This document shows, piece after piece, positions 38,273 through 52,094 of a stretch of 64,000 nt of DNA. Under the pieces are notes generated by a model, which saw only the letters and a list, made by a program, of their open reading frames with translations, did not search any database and was not told the origin of the DNA. The position numbers were made by a program, and so were the translations under genes. Every line of letters begins with the position of its first letter. Position 1 is the first letter of the stretch. Source of the stretch: Octopus sinensis (taxonomy: Eukaryota); contig NC_043003.1 of assembly GCF_006345805.1 (NCBI RefSeq), positions 81,592,001 through 81,656,000 of the forward strand, read 5' to 3'.

Positions 38273-39268
38273 TGTAATATCATTTGTCGTCGTTGTATTT
38301 GTAGTAGTAAGTAGGGTTAACAGTTGGAGCATCTGTGGTGGTGGTAGTAGTAGTAGCAGTAGTAGTATATAGCTGTTGTTGTTTTAGTGACGTTGTCATC
38401 GTTATGCTAGCTGTGTCTGGGTGGGTTACAAACTTAATCCGATACTTTTAGCCTCTTTGACTTGTACAGCTAAAAAGGATATTCTTCTGAGGATAATTTT
38501 CATCTCTTGGAAAATCGTTGTCTACCTATATATTGCGTATCTTAAGATCTGTCAATTTTTGGACATGATTTTATTTCTTGTTTTGTTTGTTAGGCTGCTT
38601 TTCCGAAAGAAAAAAATGCTCCTTAAAAATGTGAACATGAATGTAACACGAAGAATAAATGAAATACGTAAAAAAAGAAAAAAGTGTATTTGTATTTCAC
38701 ATATCCAAGCAATGTACATAAAAATCGTAATGATACTTTTGATTTGTTAGCAACAACCCAACGTGCATATCTAAAAACACCGAAAGCAACAACAATAGCT
38801 AACTCTGGGTGATGTGAATGATGATGTCTCTTGCGGTGTTTAGGTTCGGATTATGGGGCGACACACTTGGTTTGAAAATGAGAGCAAATCAAAATGCCAA
38901 GCTGTTTAGTCATAGACTAACTCACGTGTTTGTCACTATGCGTGACATATCGCTTTCAAAATGAGAATCGCAATGAAAGATATTGGCAATTCCCTGAAAC
39001 CTTGTGGTACAGTTTTGTTAGCACTATTTCTTTTCTGTAAATATTTAAATCTGAGGTAACTTCCAATGCGAAATAGTGTGGAATGCACATGACTTAAACG
39101 AAACATTAATCTTAATTTACTGTAAAATTCCAACTTATATTATTTTCTACCACTGTATACTACTAAACATCATGTCTCAAGGTCGGCTGAATTTCGAGTG
39201 GTCCATGCCAATATTAGGATGTTTTGTACCGAGTGCTTTTTCGATGTTATTTTGCAGCTCCTCCGTGA

Positions 39269-39700
39269 TCAGCGAGTGCGGTCGATGCTGTTAACGTTCC
39301 GCTTGAGTTGAGGCAATTTGACGCCTACGAGGGAAAACTCATAAGAAAGGATGGTATTTTAGAAGGTTCATGTTCTAGGAAAGAAGAACTGGGAGAAGGG
39401 GTCAATATGAGCCCGAAGGCGAGTGAAAAGAATATAGTGAGAGATAACAAGCATAAAAATGTTGGAGCGCCTTCTACTTCAGTGATATGAAATGCTTTAG
39501 GGTAGCCGGTGTGAAATATATGGATATGCCGTGGTTAGTCACGATACAGCAGTAGTCACGTAACTTAATGTATATAGAGATGGTTGTTGTCTCGTAGAGG
39601 TTTGGCTTGGACGTGAAAAAGTGCTCAGGATTTTTTGAAGTATCTGTGTATGTACCGGCCAAGAATATACCCAAGGGATGAAATTAGTTGATTTACCGAG
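39269..39700 (-). mobile_element. CR1/L2-group LINE, decayed RT C-terminus
   Basis: Minus frame HYILFTRLRAHIDPFSQFFFPRT*TF*NTILSYEFSLVGVKLPQLKRNVNSIDRTR* resembles the S-FFPRT...WN...FK.NVN C-terminal signature. Upstream similarity is heavily eroded and may extend to ~40700. Confidence 0.55.
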
Positions 39701-42608
39701 TTGAAGTTTATAAAAGAGTCGGTTTTTGCACTGTTTGTATTAATGTCATGACTGTGAGCCAAGAAAATTTTGAGCGTAGAGAGGGGTAATGTGAGAAATA
39801 TGTATTCAAAAAGAGCTGTTGTGATATGTAGGGGTTCTTAGAGTGCTAGAAAGATATATATATATATATATTTAGAGGAATGATGGAGAGTGCCTGAATA
39901 AGTGAAAATATTCGTTGCTGATATATAGGTGAACGAGGTATGTTCTAGCGACAATGCAATCTACATATGTGTGCCTACAATATTTTGGAGCAATGTTGTA
40001 ACGTCGAACAAAAATGAAGTATGGATAAATGTAAAGAAACGTGTCTTAAAGCCATATAGAAAGTGATGTTTGTGTGTTAGTAAAGGTTCTTTTATGGGCT
40101 CTAGATTAGTCATAAATGTTAAATGAAGACAAAGAAAAATTTACGCCCTGTTTAGGCTTGTTTTTAACGAAGAATAGGATAATTCATGTTTTATGGGCTC
40201 ACTTTAAATTTCGCAGGAGGAAATTTGTACGAGAAAATTGCAACAGAGTAAACTCAGTAAACGACATTCATAAGAGGTGGTGTTCAAATGGGTGATGTGA
40301 TATGTTTCACTACACCAAAAGAAGAAATTATATTAGTTTACATATGCAGGTTCTAATACTGTGTCCGAGCATGTGTTTTTGGCCTCCCTGTGTGTGTTCT
40401 AATTGGCCACCCATATTTTCAAAGTTAACGTTACTTAACCTACAGCAAATATACGGCTATAACGTGATCGTTGTGCGACGGAATACACATGACGATATGC
40501 TATTGTTCAAAACATAAAAGACCTGTCTACTGTAAGCAAAGGTACTGGTCACGTATTTTGTAGAGCTTTCATGGGATTTAGTTCCGAGAGGCATGTACAT
40601 AGGGGACTAATTTACTGATAATAATTTAATGGTATCTGTTACCACTGAAATGTTCGTGTATCTTTGATTCAATTAAAGATGACACTTATTAGAGTCGGAA
40701 ATATGTGTTTTTAGCGTTGATTTGATGAAGCTTCCTAATTCATTATTAATAGGTAGACTTTTAGCATTGTCATAAACCAATGATGATGAATGATTGAAAA
40801 TTTTTTCTATCGTTAATCAGTTCAAGAAATATTAGTTCTGTTTTGTATCTAACACTATGTTACTGATTGATGCGAACTTTCAAATGTTTTTTCCATAGAA
40901 ATTTTCAAGAAATACTTTTTATTGCACACGCACGACTGCGTGCGCACACACACGACTGCGTGCGTGCACAAACTCACGCAATGCACACATGGGGGCGTGT
41001 GCACACACTCACGCATGCACATACATATACACACAAGAATATTTTTATATAACATTTAGGACTTTTATAGATGACAACTAACCAAGTAATGAACCAGTAA
41101 TTTGCAGTAACATGCATTACAATTTCTAGGTCACATTTTTTTTAGACAACCGGGTATGCGTTGTTAAGCGTGGTTAGGCATAATGAGATCTCAGCATTGC
41201 TAGTGTTATTTCTAGATATCTATTTTAGGTTCTTCTCATTTCTGAAGCTTATTGTATAAAGCATGTTTTTCAATTTCTTTTACTTTCGAAATTGCCTCTA
41301 GTTCTTTCGTTGGCTTTTCTATCTCATGCTTCGTTGTTACCACGTATCATTGTATATAATTCTTGAGGATTATTTTCGAATGTGCAATTTTCTTATTATC
41401 ATTTCCCCTAAATCAGCGCTTTTTAATGTATTTAGGCAGTTATTCACTTTTAAGGATTCCATACCAATCATCTGATATTAATTCCTATTTCATTTACATG
41501 CGATATATTACATCAGTATTCACATTACATACAGTGAAAAAGTATAACTTCTAGATATAACAGAGAAGGATTAAAGATGTTTTGCTTGCTTCAAATATAA
41601 GATTTAGGATATCATAGTTATTGCAGTTGTTACCACTTTCCTGGTTTACACAGTTAGAATAAATTCATTCCGTATCGTAATTTTGTGGGTGTTTAAAATA
41701 CTACAAGATTATAAGAAATAATTTTTCAACCGTTAAGTTTATCAAGCTCTGCAGTGAAGTAAATTTTTTTCTCTAATATATGGTGGAATTTTCAACGTCC
41801 GTTTTCAGTGGCGTGTATGAAGCTGATTTATGTCCTTTAGAGCTGTCAGGATGAGATATAGATCTACTACAAAGCTAACGGAATGTATGCATCTCTGTGT
41901 ATATCCTGTATCAGTTATGCGCGTTTCCAGTAAACAAACGTGTGTATAAGTGTATATTTTGTAAACTAGTTTCAAAGCAAATCAAGGTAAAAGAACGCTT
42001 CTTGTTATCTATGTACGTAACTTCCTATTTTCAAATATCAATTCAAATTCTAGCGACGTCCAGTTGGCTTTTTTACCCATTCGAGGTCGATAAAATAAGT
42101 AGCAGTCAAGTTCAACAGAATCGATAATTCTTTCTGTAATCTAATACAAGTGCTGTTAGAATTCCTTATAATCTTTATCATGATTTGAGAAATTCACAAA
42201 GTTTCTTGCCTTAAAAAGAAGAATACCGTGTTTCTCGCTTTAGCTGCGCTGTCTACACAGTTTGGAACGACTGTAGAAGTTTAGGGGCTTGTTGCATTCC
42301 GTGCAACAGGTTCTGTTTTACAGCTCATCACTTTCACTGTGATACAGTTCCCTATGAAGCAGTGACAGAGGTTCAGTGTTTGGTATCCGGAATGTTGTTC
42401 AGCGCACGTTCCATTCTGGTTGGCTGAAATATGTTCAACGGAAATTCGGTTCTAGTATTCCAAAGAGATTTCGAGGAGGTAATGGGAGTCGATAGACGAT
42501 GGCCTAGGAACGACTTTGCGTGTCGATTAAGACAGTTTGAGAAATCACTTTTGAAGATAATTAACTGGATTATGGAGAGTTACAAAAACTCTTTGGATAG
42601 GCTGTTTG

Positions 42609-42860
42609 TCAGTATTGCTGTGAAAGAGAGATTGAACGTCCAGGACAAAATACACAGGTATAGGATTCCTGAAAGTATCGATATACAGGAATGATTTGGA
42701 AAAAAGGCTGGTTTGTCGCACTCTGCTCGATATATATGAAGTTGTGCATGAACACAGGAGATTTTAATTCTCTAGGTAAGCCCTCAAAGTCTTCAAGTGC
42801 CACTTGGAGAATAGGATAAGTAGAAAAAGAGCGCTACCATCCAGTATATGCTATAAAAAG
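42609..42860 (-). mobile_element. Possible Penelope-like RT relic
   Basis: EGLPRELKSPVFMHNFIYIEQ...IPVYRYFQESYTCVF loosely parallels the PLE RT motif G.PMGSPLSPVLANIFME...RYVDD.FC.F, with the catalytic DD lost. Confidence 0.3.
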
Positions 42861-43385
42861 ATGCATGAGAGTGGCAATATTACCGAGGCTAAATGGGATT
42901 ATGCGACTACAAACAGATAGCAAATGGACAAACTTGCTTTTGATGCATCAGAGTTACTGAGACTTTGCATGAGTGCCTTCGAATTGCCCTCGGTGATTGT
43001 ACACACTATTGCAAATTTATTTGTGATGACATTTTTTTACTGTGCGTTGTTTTGTTTGTGTTAAGTCAATGTATATTTTCTAACTTGCTGTAAAACCCCG
43101 ACTGTTTTGGTGTTTCGATCTTGTAATGTGACCAACATGTTGTAAGTAACAAAAATTAACATCAATCCACTACAGATTTGTGGATTGGTAGGATCGTGAG
43201 ACCGTCGGAAGATTTTGCTGAATTTCTTCCGACTATCTACGCTCTGAGTTGAAATCCCGCAATGTTTAACTTTACTTTTCATTCTCTTTGTGTCGCTAAA
43301 GTAAAGCACTGGGATCGATGTAATGGCCTAACACTTCCTGTCTAAAATTGCTTGCCCTTTGTCTAAATCAGAAATTCTTATTATA

Positions 43386-43590
43386 AGGCAGTGAGCTGGC
43401 AGAATCATTAGCACATCGAATTAAATATTTAGCGATGTTTCTTCCGGCCATTTACGTTCTGATTTCAAACACTTCCGGTTTTTAGCTTTCCTTTCATTCT
43501 TTCGCGTTTGATAAATGAAAGTACCAGTCATGTACTGCGATCAGTGTAATCGACTTAATCCTTCCCTCTAAAACGTCTTACTTTGTGCCA
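43386..43590 (+). mobile_element. SINE family B, diverged (partial upstream copy at ~43230-43370)
   Basis: AGGCAGTGAGCTGGCAGAATCATTAGCAC...AAGTACCAGTCATGTACTGCGATCAGTGTAATCGACT. Confidence 0.8.
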
Positions 43591-44509
43591 ATATTTGAAA
43601 CAATTCTGATTACTATTTTGGCTGCTGACATTCCGTTTTATTATTATCGTGATTACTGTAACAACCGTTTATTGTCTTTATTTTTTTTACCCTTGTAATC
43701 ACTTCATTCTGACACACGATCTTTAATATTGTTTTATTCTATATTTTTATGCTGTTTTTATTCGATAGAACTGTACCTCTTTTTGGCTTTTCATTTATCA
43801 TATATCAGCATTCTGTCTCCTTCAACAATCTCTTGACAACACTAACAGGATTTAGTAATGGCGTGTGTCTGAGTATAAAGATGTGACATTGCTTGTGTGT
43901 ACGTATGCATGTATGTTAGTACGAAGCTGTGTATGCGTATACTTACGAGTATTGCACAAGAGTGTTTGTATTTGTTTGTGAGTACTTTTGCCTATGTGTA
44001 TGTACATACGGTTTCTCGCGTGTGTAGTCAGTATACGGATGGTCTCGTATCTTCTGAAGCGTCTACAATTACTTTTGAGCGTGCGCGGTTTTGGTCTTGT
44101 GTGTGTGTGTGCGTGAGTGAGTGAATGCGTGTGTATGTGTGTGTGTGTGTGTCTATATGTGTTTCCACACATCTGCATTTTTTTTTACTAGTTTCCCCCT
44201 CTCTTTTTCTCTTTGCTGTTTCTTCCACGTGTTAACATTTTCCTTTCTGCCTTTCTCCTTTATCTCTCTTTCTTCACTGTTTCTTTACTTCTTCCTCTTC
44301 CTCCGACAGAACTCGGCAAAAAAGCTCTCAGTAAGCCAAATCAGGGGAATTTGAATTTTGAGGACTTTTCATTCCCAATTTTATCGTACCACATTTTGTC
44401 TCACCACTTCCTCCATAGGATGATGACGTTTTCTCACACCGTCTACTTTCACTTGCTTGAGGAAGTGAGTATGTGACAAGGAAACTTCAGAGTAAGTAGG
44501 CCCTGGGAC

Positions 44510-44820
44510 AGGCGCGGTTGTGTGGTAAGAAGCTTGCTTCCCAAACGCATAATTCCGGTTCCAATCCTTCTACTATAGCCTCGGGTGACCAAACTGTTGT
44601 GAGTGTATTTGGTAGATGGAAATTGAAAAAAGCCCGTCGTAAATAAACACACACACACACACATATATATGTGTATGTATATGTATATGTATGCATTTGT
44701 ATGTCAGTGTTCGGCAAAAACGATCGAGGGAATAAATTCTGGGGTCGATTTCTTCGACTAAACGCGGTGCTCCAGCGTGGCTGCAGTCAAATGACTGAAA
44801 CAAGAGAAAGAATAAAAGTA
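44510..44820 (+). mobile_element. SINE family A with internal deletions
   Basis: GGTTGTGTGGTAAGAAGCTTGCTTCCC...GTGCTCCAGCGTGGCTGCAGTCAAATGACTGAAACAAG. Confidence 0.88.
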
Positions 44821-45087
44821 AATGAAATACGATATCAATATTTATATATTTATGCATATATATTTACATACATGTGCGTGTGTGTTTGAGTGAAAATATA
44901 TACTTATATATGTTACTATATATATAAATGCTTATGGATATGTATACATGTATATTTTATATACAGATATATAAACATATTTTATGTATGTGTATACACA
45001 CACACACATATATATGTATATATATATATTGCTCTGTGTATGTGCTTATGTGCCTCCTTCCCTATAATTACCAATTATATAAAAATG

Positions 45088-45121
<34 letters not shown>

Positions 45122-45211
45122 CAGTTTTCTATAATACATAAATATAGCGAAAGTTGCATATACGCACGTATACGCACACCCATATATATATATATATATA
45201 TACGTATATCA

Positions 45212-45450
45212 CGTCATCACGCGATGACCAAACTATCAGATGTTATTACACATTGTTGGTCACAATACGCTCTGAATCGCTTTAGCCGCGGAATGACGCC
45301 ACTACTCTGGTTAGGCGGGCAGGCCATCGTCCCCTCCCACCCTATAATCGGAACTGAAATTGGAGCAACGTGAAATGAACCCTGCCCGGTTTGGAAATCG
45401 AACCCATGACGTAGTGATCGTGAGGGCGACAGCCTAACCACAAAGCCTCG
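45212..45450 (-). mobile_element. tRNA-headed SINE (family C-type head and core) with a fourth tail type
   Basis: Minus strand TGTGGTTAGGCTGTCG...GGGTTCGATTTCC...TTCATTTCACGTTGCTCCA, then a distinct tail ...GCGTATTGTGACCAAC...GGTCATCGCGTGATGAC. Confidence 0.75.
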
Positions 45451-46441
45451 AGTCTTTATCATATATAAATAGTGAATAGTTCATATATCCGAAAAAGAAT
45501 GCTCTAAAACATTGAGCGGTAATATGTGTGTGTGTATGTATAAAATTTTTATATAATTATATATTGAGGAAAATCATTATGCCAATGCCACATTTGCTAG
45601 GATTGCATTATGATTTAAAATCCAAACATAGAAATAAAATAATGAATGTGTAAGAATGCTTATCTTTCTTTTCTGAATGGGATTTAATATGCCTCGTGTA
45701 TGGCTAATACGAATAAAATATCTTACATGTTTCAAAACAACAAAGGTGCATATTCAAATATACAAATAAGAGAGACAAAACTGAAATCACATACAAATGT
45801 TTCTAGCATTCCACTTTGGTGTATAAATTATCCAACATAGATATTGAACTAGGTAATATAGAAAATATATTTATGTAAGACTGCCGAAGAAAATCCCGAT
45901 CTTGAATACATATGCATGAGACGTATTCAAATAGGCTACCTTTGAAACGAAATTGGTGTTTGCATTGTGTACTGGAAGCAAAATTGATTATTACTTATAT
46001 TATTATATAGCTTGTATGCATGTTACCGCTGAATTTACTATGTAATCCATGTGTAGTTAAATTTCATAACGGAACGCACAGCGTAGATGTGGTAAAATGT
46101 TAAACAAATTTCTAAGCGTCATTGTTTACACGTGGATGAAATAATGTTTGATATTTTGTGCCTTTCGTTCCCGAAAATATTGTAATCACAATTTTACATT
46201 TCCTTATTTTTGTTTATGTAATCTAACTTGGTTGTTAGCTACACATATCCCTTTTGAATACCATGTAAGTCAGTTCACAAAATGTTTACGTAACATTATT
46301 TATCACTAAAACCTCCAAAGTCAAAACATTACCAAATCGTTTCAGAAAATCCAATTTTAGCTGTCATGGTAGACTGCAAGTTTTATAACTTCACTGTTAA
46401 CAGGGATAGAAGCTGTGTTGAGTTATTTGTTTATTTAAACA

Positions 46442-46443
<2 letters not shown>

Positions 46444-46514
<71 letters not shown>
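46444..46514. repeat. Pure (TA)n microsatellite
   Basis: Uninterrupted TA run. Confidence 0.97.
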
Positions 46515-46518
<4 letters not shown>

Positions 46519-48649
46519 GAGAGTAAGTGACAAAAATAGCGTAAACAGAAATGTAAAAGTGATCCTCGGAAACAAGAAACATACAAGATAAAAATATCTT
46601 TCTGATAATAGAAATTATCAACCCTAAACCAGAGGTTGATATGTTAGGCATTGTAGCAAATATTGATACTGCATTACGTTGTTCTCTATTTACACTAACT
46701 ACACAATAAAACATGAGGACAAACACGTGTCGTGTTGACACTTGCCTGCGTCATTCGAGCATTTTTATGACTGAAGTGAAACAAAAAAGGAATCGGTAAT
46801 AAATAACGTGACAAAATTTAAGACCTTTTGCTCGGATCTATTGTTTGAGTATATTACAGTACAAAATTTGCAAATGATAAAATTGAATAGCAATTATTAC
46901 TTTTGATATTTTAATTCTGTATCCCTGCAGCTGCTGTCAAACAAACCAGCTCACTTTCTGTAAATGTGTGTAAGTAACGATGGCCATAGATATCTTCATA
47001 TATGAGTGGTTTCTTAGCAACTTTTCAACCAAAAGGCAAAAAAAATGTACGTCAATAAAGCGACTACGGACGCTAGTCAGCATCAGTATCGTTAGAAATA
47101 GGAGTCAAAACAACTCATAGCTACGATAAACACTATCTTAATGACTGACTACACACGTACATTCAGACACATTATTCAGGTACAGTGTTTTCTTGGGAAA
47201 ACTACTTGATGATGCATGTATGTAGTTGAATACATGCGTTCTTTGGGAAGTGTGTGTATGAGTCTAAATAGTATGTGTTAGAGATATATCGCGTGTAGCG
47301 TATGATTTATCGTATGTCAACGATGTAACTAGGATTAATTTTTAATAAAAGTTATTTTCTAATACCTTTTTCAGATTTAAAGAGATGTATTAAAATCTTT
47401 GTGATAGAAGCATTTACCGTTAAAAATTTTCACATAAATTTTTGTATACATTTATTGCAATATATACTGTGTATATATTATTGCAATATATACACACTAT
47501 GTATTATTGTGTATATAACAGAAAATAACACTTATGTCTGTGCTCAAACACGAATATGCCGAGTATGTAGAACTGACAACATATATACATCCATAGTTGG
47601 AAACGAGTTAGAGGACATATGGGGAATTCTATATTTTGCAAGGTATAGATGAATCGTAGCCACAAAATAAAATGAATATTCATCGATGAAACCTTTGAGC
47701 TTTTCGTTACACACTCTGTATTTGTGTAAAATCGTACTTAGTTGCGTTAGTTACATGCTAGAACTATGCAGACGATGTGTGAAAGGATTTTTATAATGAA
47801 AATATTTACAATATTCTCTGAAGTACACGTCTTGATATATGTCATGACTATTTTCGAAATTTGTTTTTGAAATGAGACAAAAAAAACATGGGGTCTTCAA
47901 TGCAAATAACTCTTTAAAGCATGCGAAGTCAACATTTAACAAAACTGATCATAGCATTAATCCAGTAATAAAAGCTCTTTCTCTCCGAAATCAGAAGAAT
48001 GCTTTTGGTTTTATCTTTCTCTTTTTCTTTTGTTTATCTGATCAATGGTTTCTCTTCACTGAGTACAATTATTCTGCATATATAAAATATGCTACTGATA
48101 CTCTGTCACACCATCTCAGCATATTTTCATACATTCGATTAGTTTGTGAATCTGGCATCATAGCTGACATTTGGTGAATATTGTAAATATTATATGTGAT
48201 GTAAAGAATTTTGTGAAATGACTAAAAGCAGTTAAAATACTTTTGAGAAATGAAAAGATCAGACGTTATAGAAACAGATAAGAGAAAAAAACAGCAAATA
48301 ACTATAAATATATTTTAAAGATAATGATATATTCTAAAAAAGCAATGTTGTTCAAATTATGCGAATAACAGAAAGAAGTTGCCAATAGATTTATAAAAAC
48401 AAAAATGCAAAACGTCTTCAACTCTTTCTTGGCATCAGCATTAAATTAAGCACTTTGTTAGTGAAAAACAAGGAATTTGTAAAATGCATATTGACTTGTT
48501 TCTGTTTCTACCTAGTGTGTGTATATTTGTGTGCGTGTTTGTGTGTGTATGTTTGTGTATGTGTGCGTGTGTTAGTATGTGTGTGCACGCATATATATAC
48601 ATAAACATACACACACACGCCCACATACAAGCGCGCGCACACACACATG

Positions 48650-48702
<53 letters not shown>

Positions 48703-48798
48703 GTATCGCAAGGCATAAGTGAAATATATATTTGTGTGTGTGTGTGAATCGTATTTATGTATGGACGTCTCGCAGATCCCTAGAGATTCAGCCTCTAC

Positions 48799-48999
48799 CA
48801 TGTCGTACATATTGCTCTAACCACTGCAGGGAACACCACTTGAGCATTGCAATTATTGTTGTAAATGCTGCTACGAGTTCGTGTTGTTTTTTCCATATAT
48901 TGCCAAAACGCTTCAGTAGATATCTCATATTGTAGAAATTTAACTTAGGCTTTTTTCTGACAGATATTGTCCGTGTTTCGCTGTTATGTTTGGAGAGTA
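48799..48999 (-). CDS. Candidate 201-nt symmetric internal exon, unidentified
   Basis: Acceptor GGCTTTTGTCTACAG and donor ATG|GTAGAG; 66 open codons (LSKHNSETRTISVRKKPKLNFYNMRYLLKRFGNIWKKQHELVAAFTTIIAMLKWCSLQWLEQYVRH), with mostly A/T third positions. Confidence 0.32.
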
Positions 49000-49068
49000 C
49001 TGTAGACAAAAGCCTCTTAAAACTTAAGATTTGTGCTCATCATAGTTTTGCTCTCCCATTCACACTTG
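48964..49068 (+). CDS. Candidate 105-nt symmetric internal exon, unidentified (overlaps the minus-strand candidate)
   Basis: Branch-point-like TTTAAC, acceptor GGCTTTTTTCTGACAG and donor TTG|GTGAGT; reads IVRVSLLCLESTVDKSLLKLKICAHHSFALPFTL. Confidence 0.28.
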
Positions 49069-49282
49069 GTGAGTTTCGTCATTAGAGTAGCAACGTTACA
49101 CTATCGCACCCTCATCTCAGCGTTTGTAGAAAAGCTGTTGGTTACAACTGAGCCCGGCTATCTATTTACGTTGTTTACTATTTGGTTGTATAGAACGCAT
49201 AACAAATTCGAAGAAAAACGTGTGCTGCACCCTGAGTTGATAATCATAATTATTTAGATCCAAATCAACTAATATAGATATA

Positions 49283-49637
49283 TAGGCGTAGGATATGGCT
49301 GTGTGGTAAGTAGTTCGCTTACGAGCCACATGGTTCCGGGTTCATTCTCACTACGTGGCATCTTGGGCAAGTGTCTTCTACTATAGCCTCGCGCCGACCA
49401 ATGCCTTGTGAGTGGATTTGGTGGACGGAAACTGAAAGAAGACCGTCGTATATATGTATATATATATCGCTTGACAACCGATGCTGGTGTGCAACTTAGC
49501 TGTTCGGCAAAAGAGACCGATAGAATAAGTACTAGGCTTACAAAGAATAAGTCCTGGGGTTCGATTTTCTCGACTAAAGGCGGTGCTCCAGCATGGCCAC
49601 AATCACAATCACATAACTGAAACAAGTAAAAAAAAGA
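49283..49637 (+). mobile_element. SINE family A, full length
   Basis: Consensus head, body and tail; explains the ORFs at 49269-49709. Confidence 0.9.
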
Positions 49638-49808
49638 GTATACACACATACACTCACACACATATATATATGTACATAAATTTATATACATACACACATA
49701 CATATGCACATAAATATAAATATATACATATATAGTTAGACATGGCCTGGACCAATCTTTGGTCGAAACATATCTAAGTTATCTAAATTATATACATGCA
49801 AATACATG

Positions 49809-49869
<61 letters not shown>

Positions 49870-49975
49870 ATACACACACACACACATATATTTATATATA
49901 CATACATGTATATATGCATATATATATTTACATATAAACATGTATTTCTTTTTTGTCAACTATTTCCTGATTCAG

Positions 49976-50043
49976 TGAGAGAAACAGTTTTTAGGATTCT
50001 CTGTTCTAGTATTTTTACAATATGTTTGGATATGTACGCCAAG
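49976..50043 (+). CDS. Candidate 68-nt internal exon, unidentified
   Basis: Pyrimidine-rich acceptor ...TTTCCTGATTCAG and donor AAG|GTATGC; reads RETVFRILCSSIFTICLDMYAK. Phase-compatible with 48964-49068. Confidence 0.25.
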
Positions 50044-51044
50044 GTATGCACGGAATGAAAGTTGTTGCTCTCACAAGTTACCACCTGCGCATGACAGGTG
50101 GTTTTTCTTTATTATGATTTCTCCGTTGCTTTCTTTCTGACAGTTTGCTGGTGTGGTTTAATTTATTACAATACTTATTGCGCAGTTTTGTACATTATAA
50201 ATGTGGTGTGTGATCTGGTGAACGTGGAGTTACAGAAATAGATCCAATGTATTCGTTCCACACCGTTCTAGATAGCTGTGTAGTTTTATTGGCCAAATGT
50301 GGATCCTATTAGTGTTCTGAATAAGTTATTTTACAGCATATAATTGGTTTACTTAAAAGGGATGTCTATTGTTCCTCAACAAAAGAAACTTATATTTATC
50401 TGCTCTGGCCTGGAAAATAGATAAAGGATACTGCCTGCATATACGTAGTTTCTCTATTGAGGAGTTTTCACCTGTGTTAATTTTTAAAATTAAATCATGA
50501 GGGTAGAACCGATAACACTGAACCGAATACCACCATCTATAGATTAATAAAGAGAAATTGATATGTATGTTATAATGTTAACCTTAATTTTGTTATTCTT
50601 TGAACTGTCTTCCACGTTATATAATCACATATTTTTTTAATCTTATAATTTTAAAGCTTCGCGATTGTTTAAAAATTTTTTGTTAAGAGGGAAGTGCATT
50701 TCAGTACTATGAATATAAGCATGTTCCGGTAAATTTCAAGATTAACAATACAGCATATATTCTTTAGAATTATAGAGAAGCAAATCAATACATCGAGTAA
50801 AAAAATATTCGATATTAATGTGGTAACTTTTTATGTAGTTGAAGAATCCACAACTGATTAATTAGTCCCATTGTCTTTGTGAAAAAGTGAAAATATCCAA
50901 ATATAAGGAATTGTTACCGTCCAAACTCACAGGTTTTGAAACTAGTTTTCTACGCATTTCATTACAACGTAAGGCACTCATAAACATACACGCACAAACA
51001 TACATATATGTATTTACACACATAAGTATATACATACATGGACA

Positions 51045-51108
<64 letters not shown>

Positions 51109-51431
51109 AGTGCGTGTGTGTGTGTGTGGTGTGTGTGTGTGTGTGTGTGTGTACTCATATATATATATATGTGTGTGCACTCAAATTTGAATATATATAT
51201 TTTCCTTTTATTCTTACTTGTTCTATCCAAATGCTGAAGACCGCTCTGAGGCACACCATTGGGGTGATTTTATCGTTTATTTCATTTCACGTAAATGGCG
51301 TTCTCTCTGTGTTCGATTTTGGTGAATAAGGGATTGTGATATCCCTGCCTATATTTGCATTTCTTGTGGTTCTATGGGGCCATTTGGAATATCACATAAA
51401 AATTATTCTCAGTATTTTTTTTAACATCTAC

Positions 51432-51601
51432 CTGCTGCAGATCTCTGAGGTTTTCGGCAAAATACTGGAAAAGCTTGGGCCTTAAAGGGCTCTCAGTATA
51501 AGCTTTCTTTTGTATGCAGCTGAAGAGAGTTGAAACTTTGGTACTATGTAATGGTTTCCAATTCAGAGGTTGATAAACTTTTGAATCACAAACAAATAAG
51601 C
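51432..51601 (-). CDS. Best candidate coding exon, product unidentified
   Basis: Acceptor AAATTTACAG and donor CAG|GTAGAT; 56 open codons LFVCDSKVYQPLNWKPLHSTKVSTLFSCIQKKAYTESPLRPKLFQYFAENLRDLQQ with protein-like composition and A/T-biased third positions. Confidence 0.45.
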
Positions 51602-52016
51602 CTGTAAATTTTAGCATCTGCTCAGTATCTTCCGTTATACATAGAACATATAACTATTTTCAAATGTATGAAAGTTTATCTCTCGGAAACAAAGCTCCCG
51701 ATAAGTATCAGTTGGGATTGTACTAGAGCTTCCAACAGACTCTTTTCAGATCGTCATCATATTAAAACGTGCGCTTACATACATACATACATACGCGCTT
51801 ACATACATACATACATACATACACACAAACGCACGTACGCACACATATGCACACACACACACACACACTCACACAAGAATAATATAACATGAGAATGAAG
51901 GTTCAGGCTTCAATAGAAGATCACAATATTTGTTTGTGCACCGCTGCACACCAGCTGTCTAGCCAGTTAATTACACCCTTCTTCACGTTGATATGCTTTG
52001 ATTCTTTAAGCATCCT

Positions 52017-52094
<78 letters not shown>

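Noticed and set aside
37916-38372. Poly-K/E/R and poly-F/L/S ORFs
   Set aside because: They are products of the TTC/CTC tract and show no coding signature.
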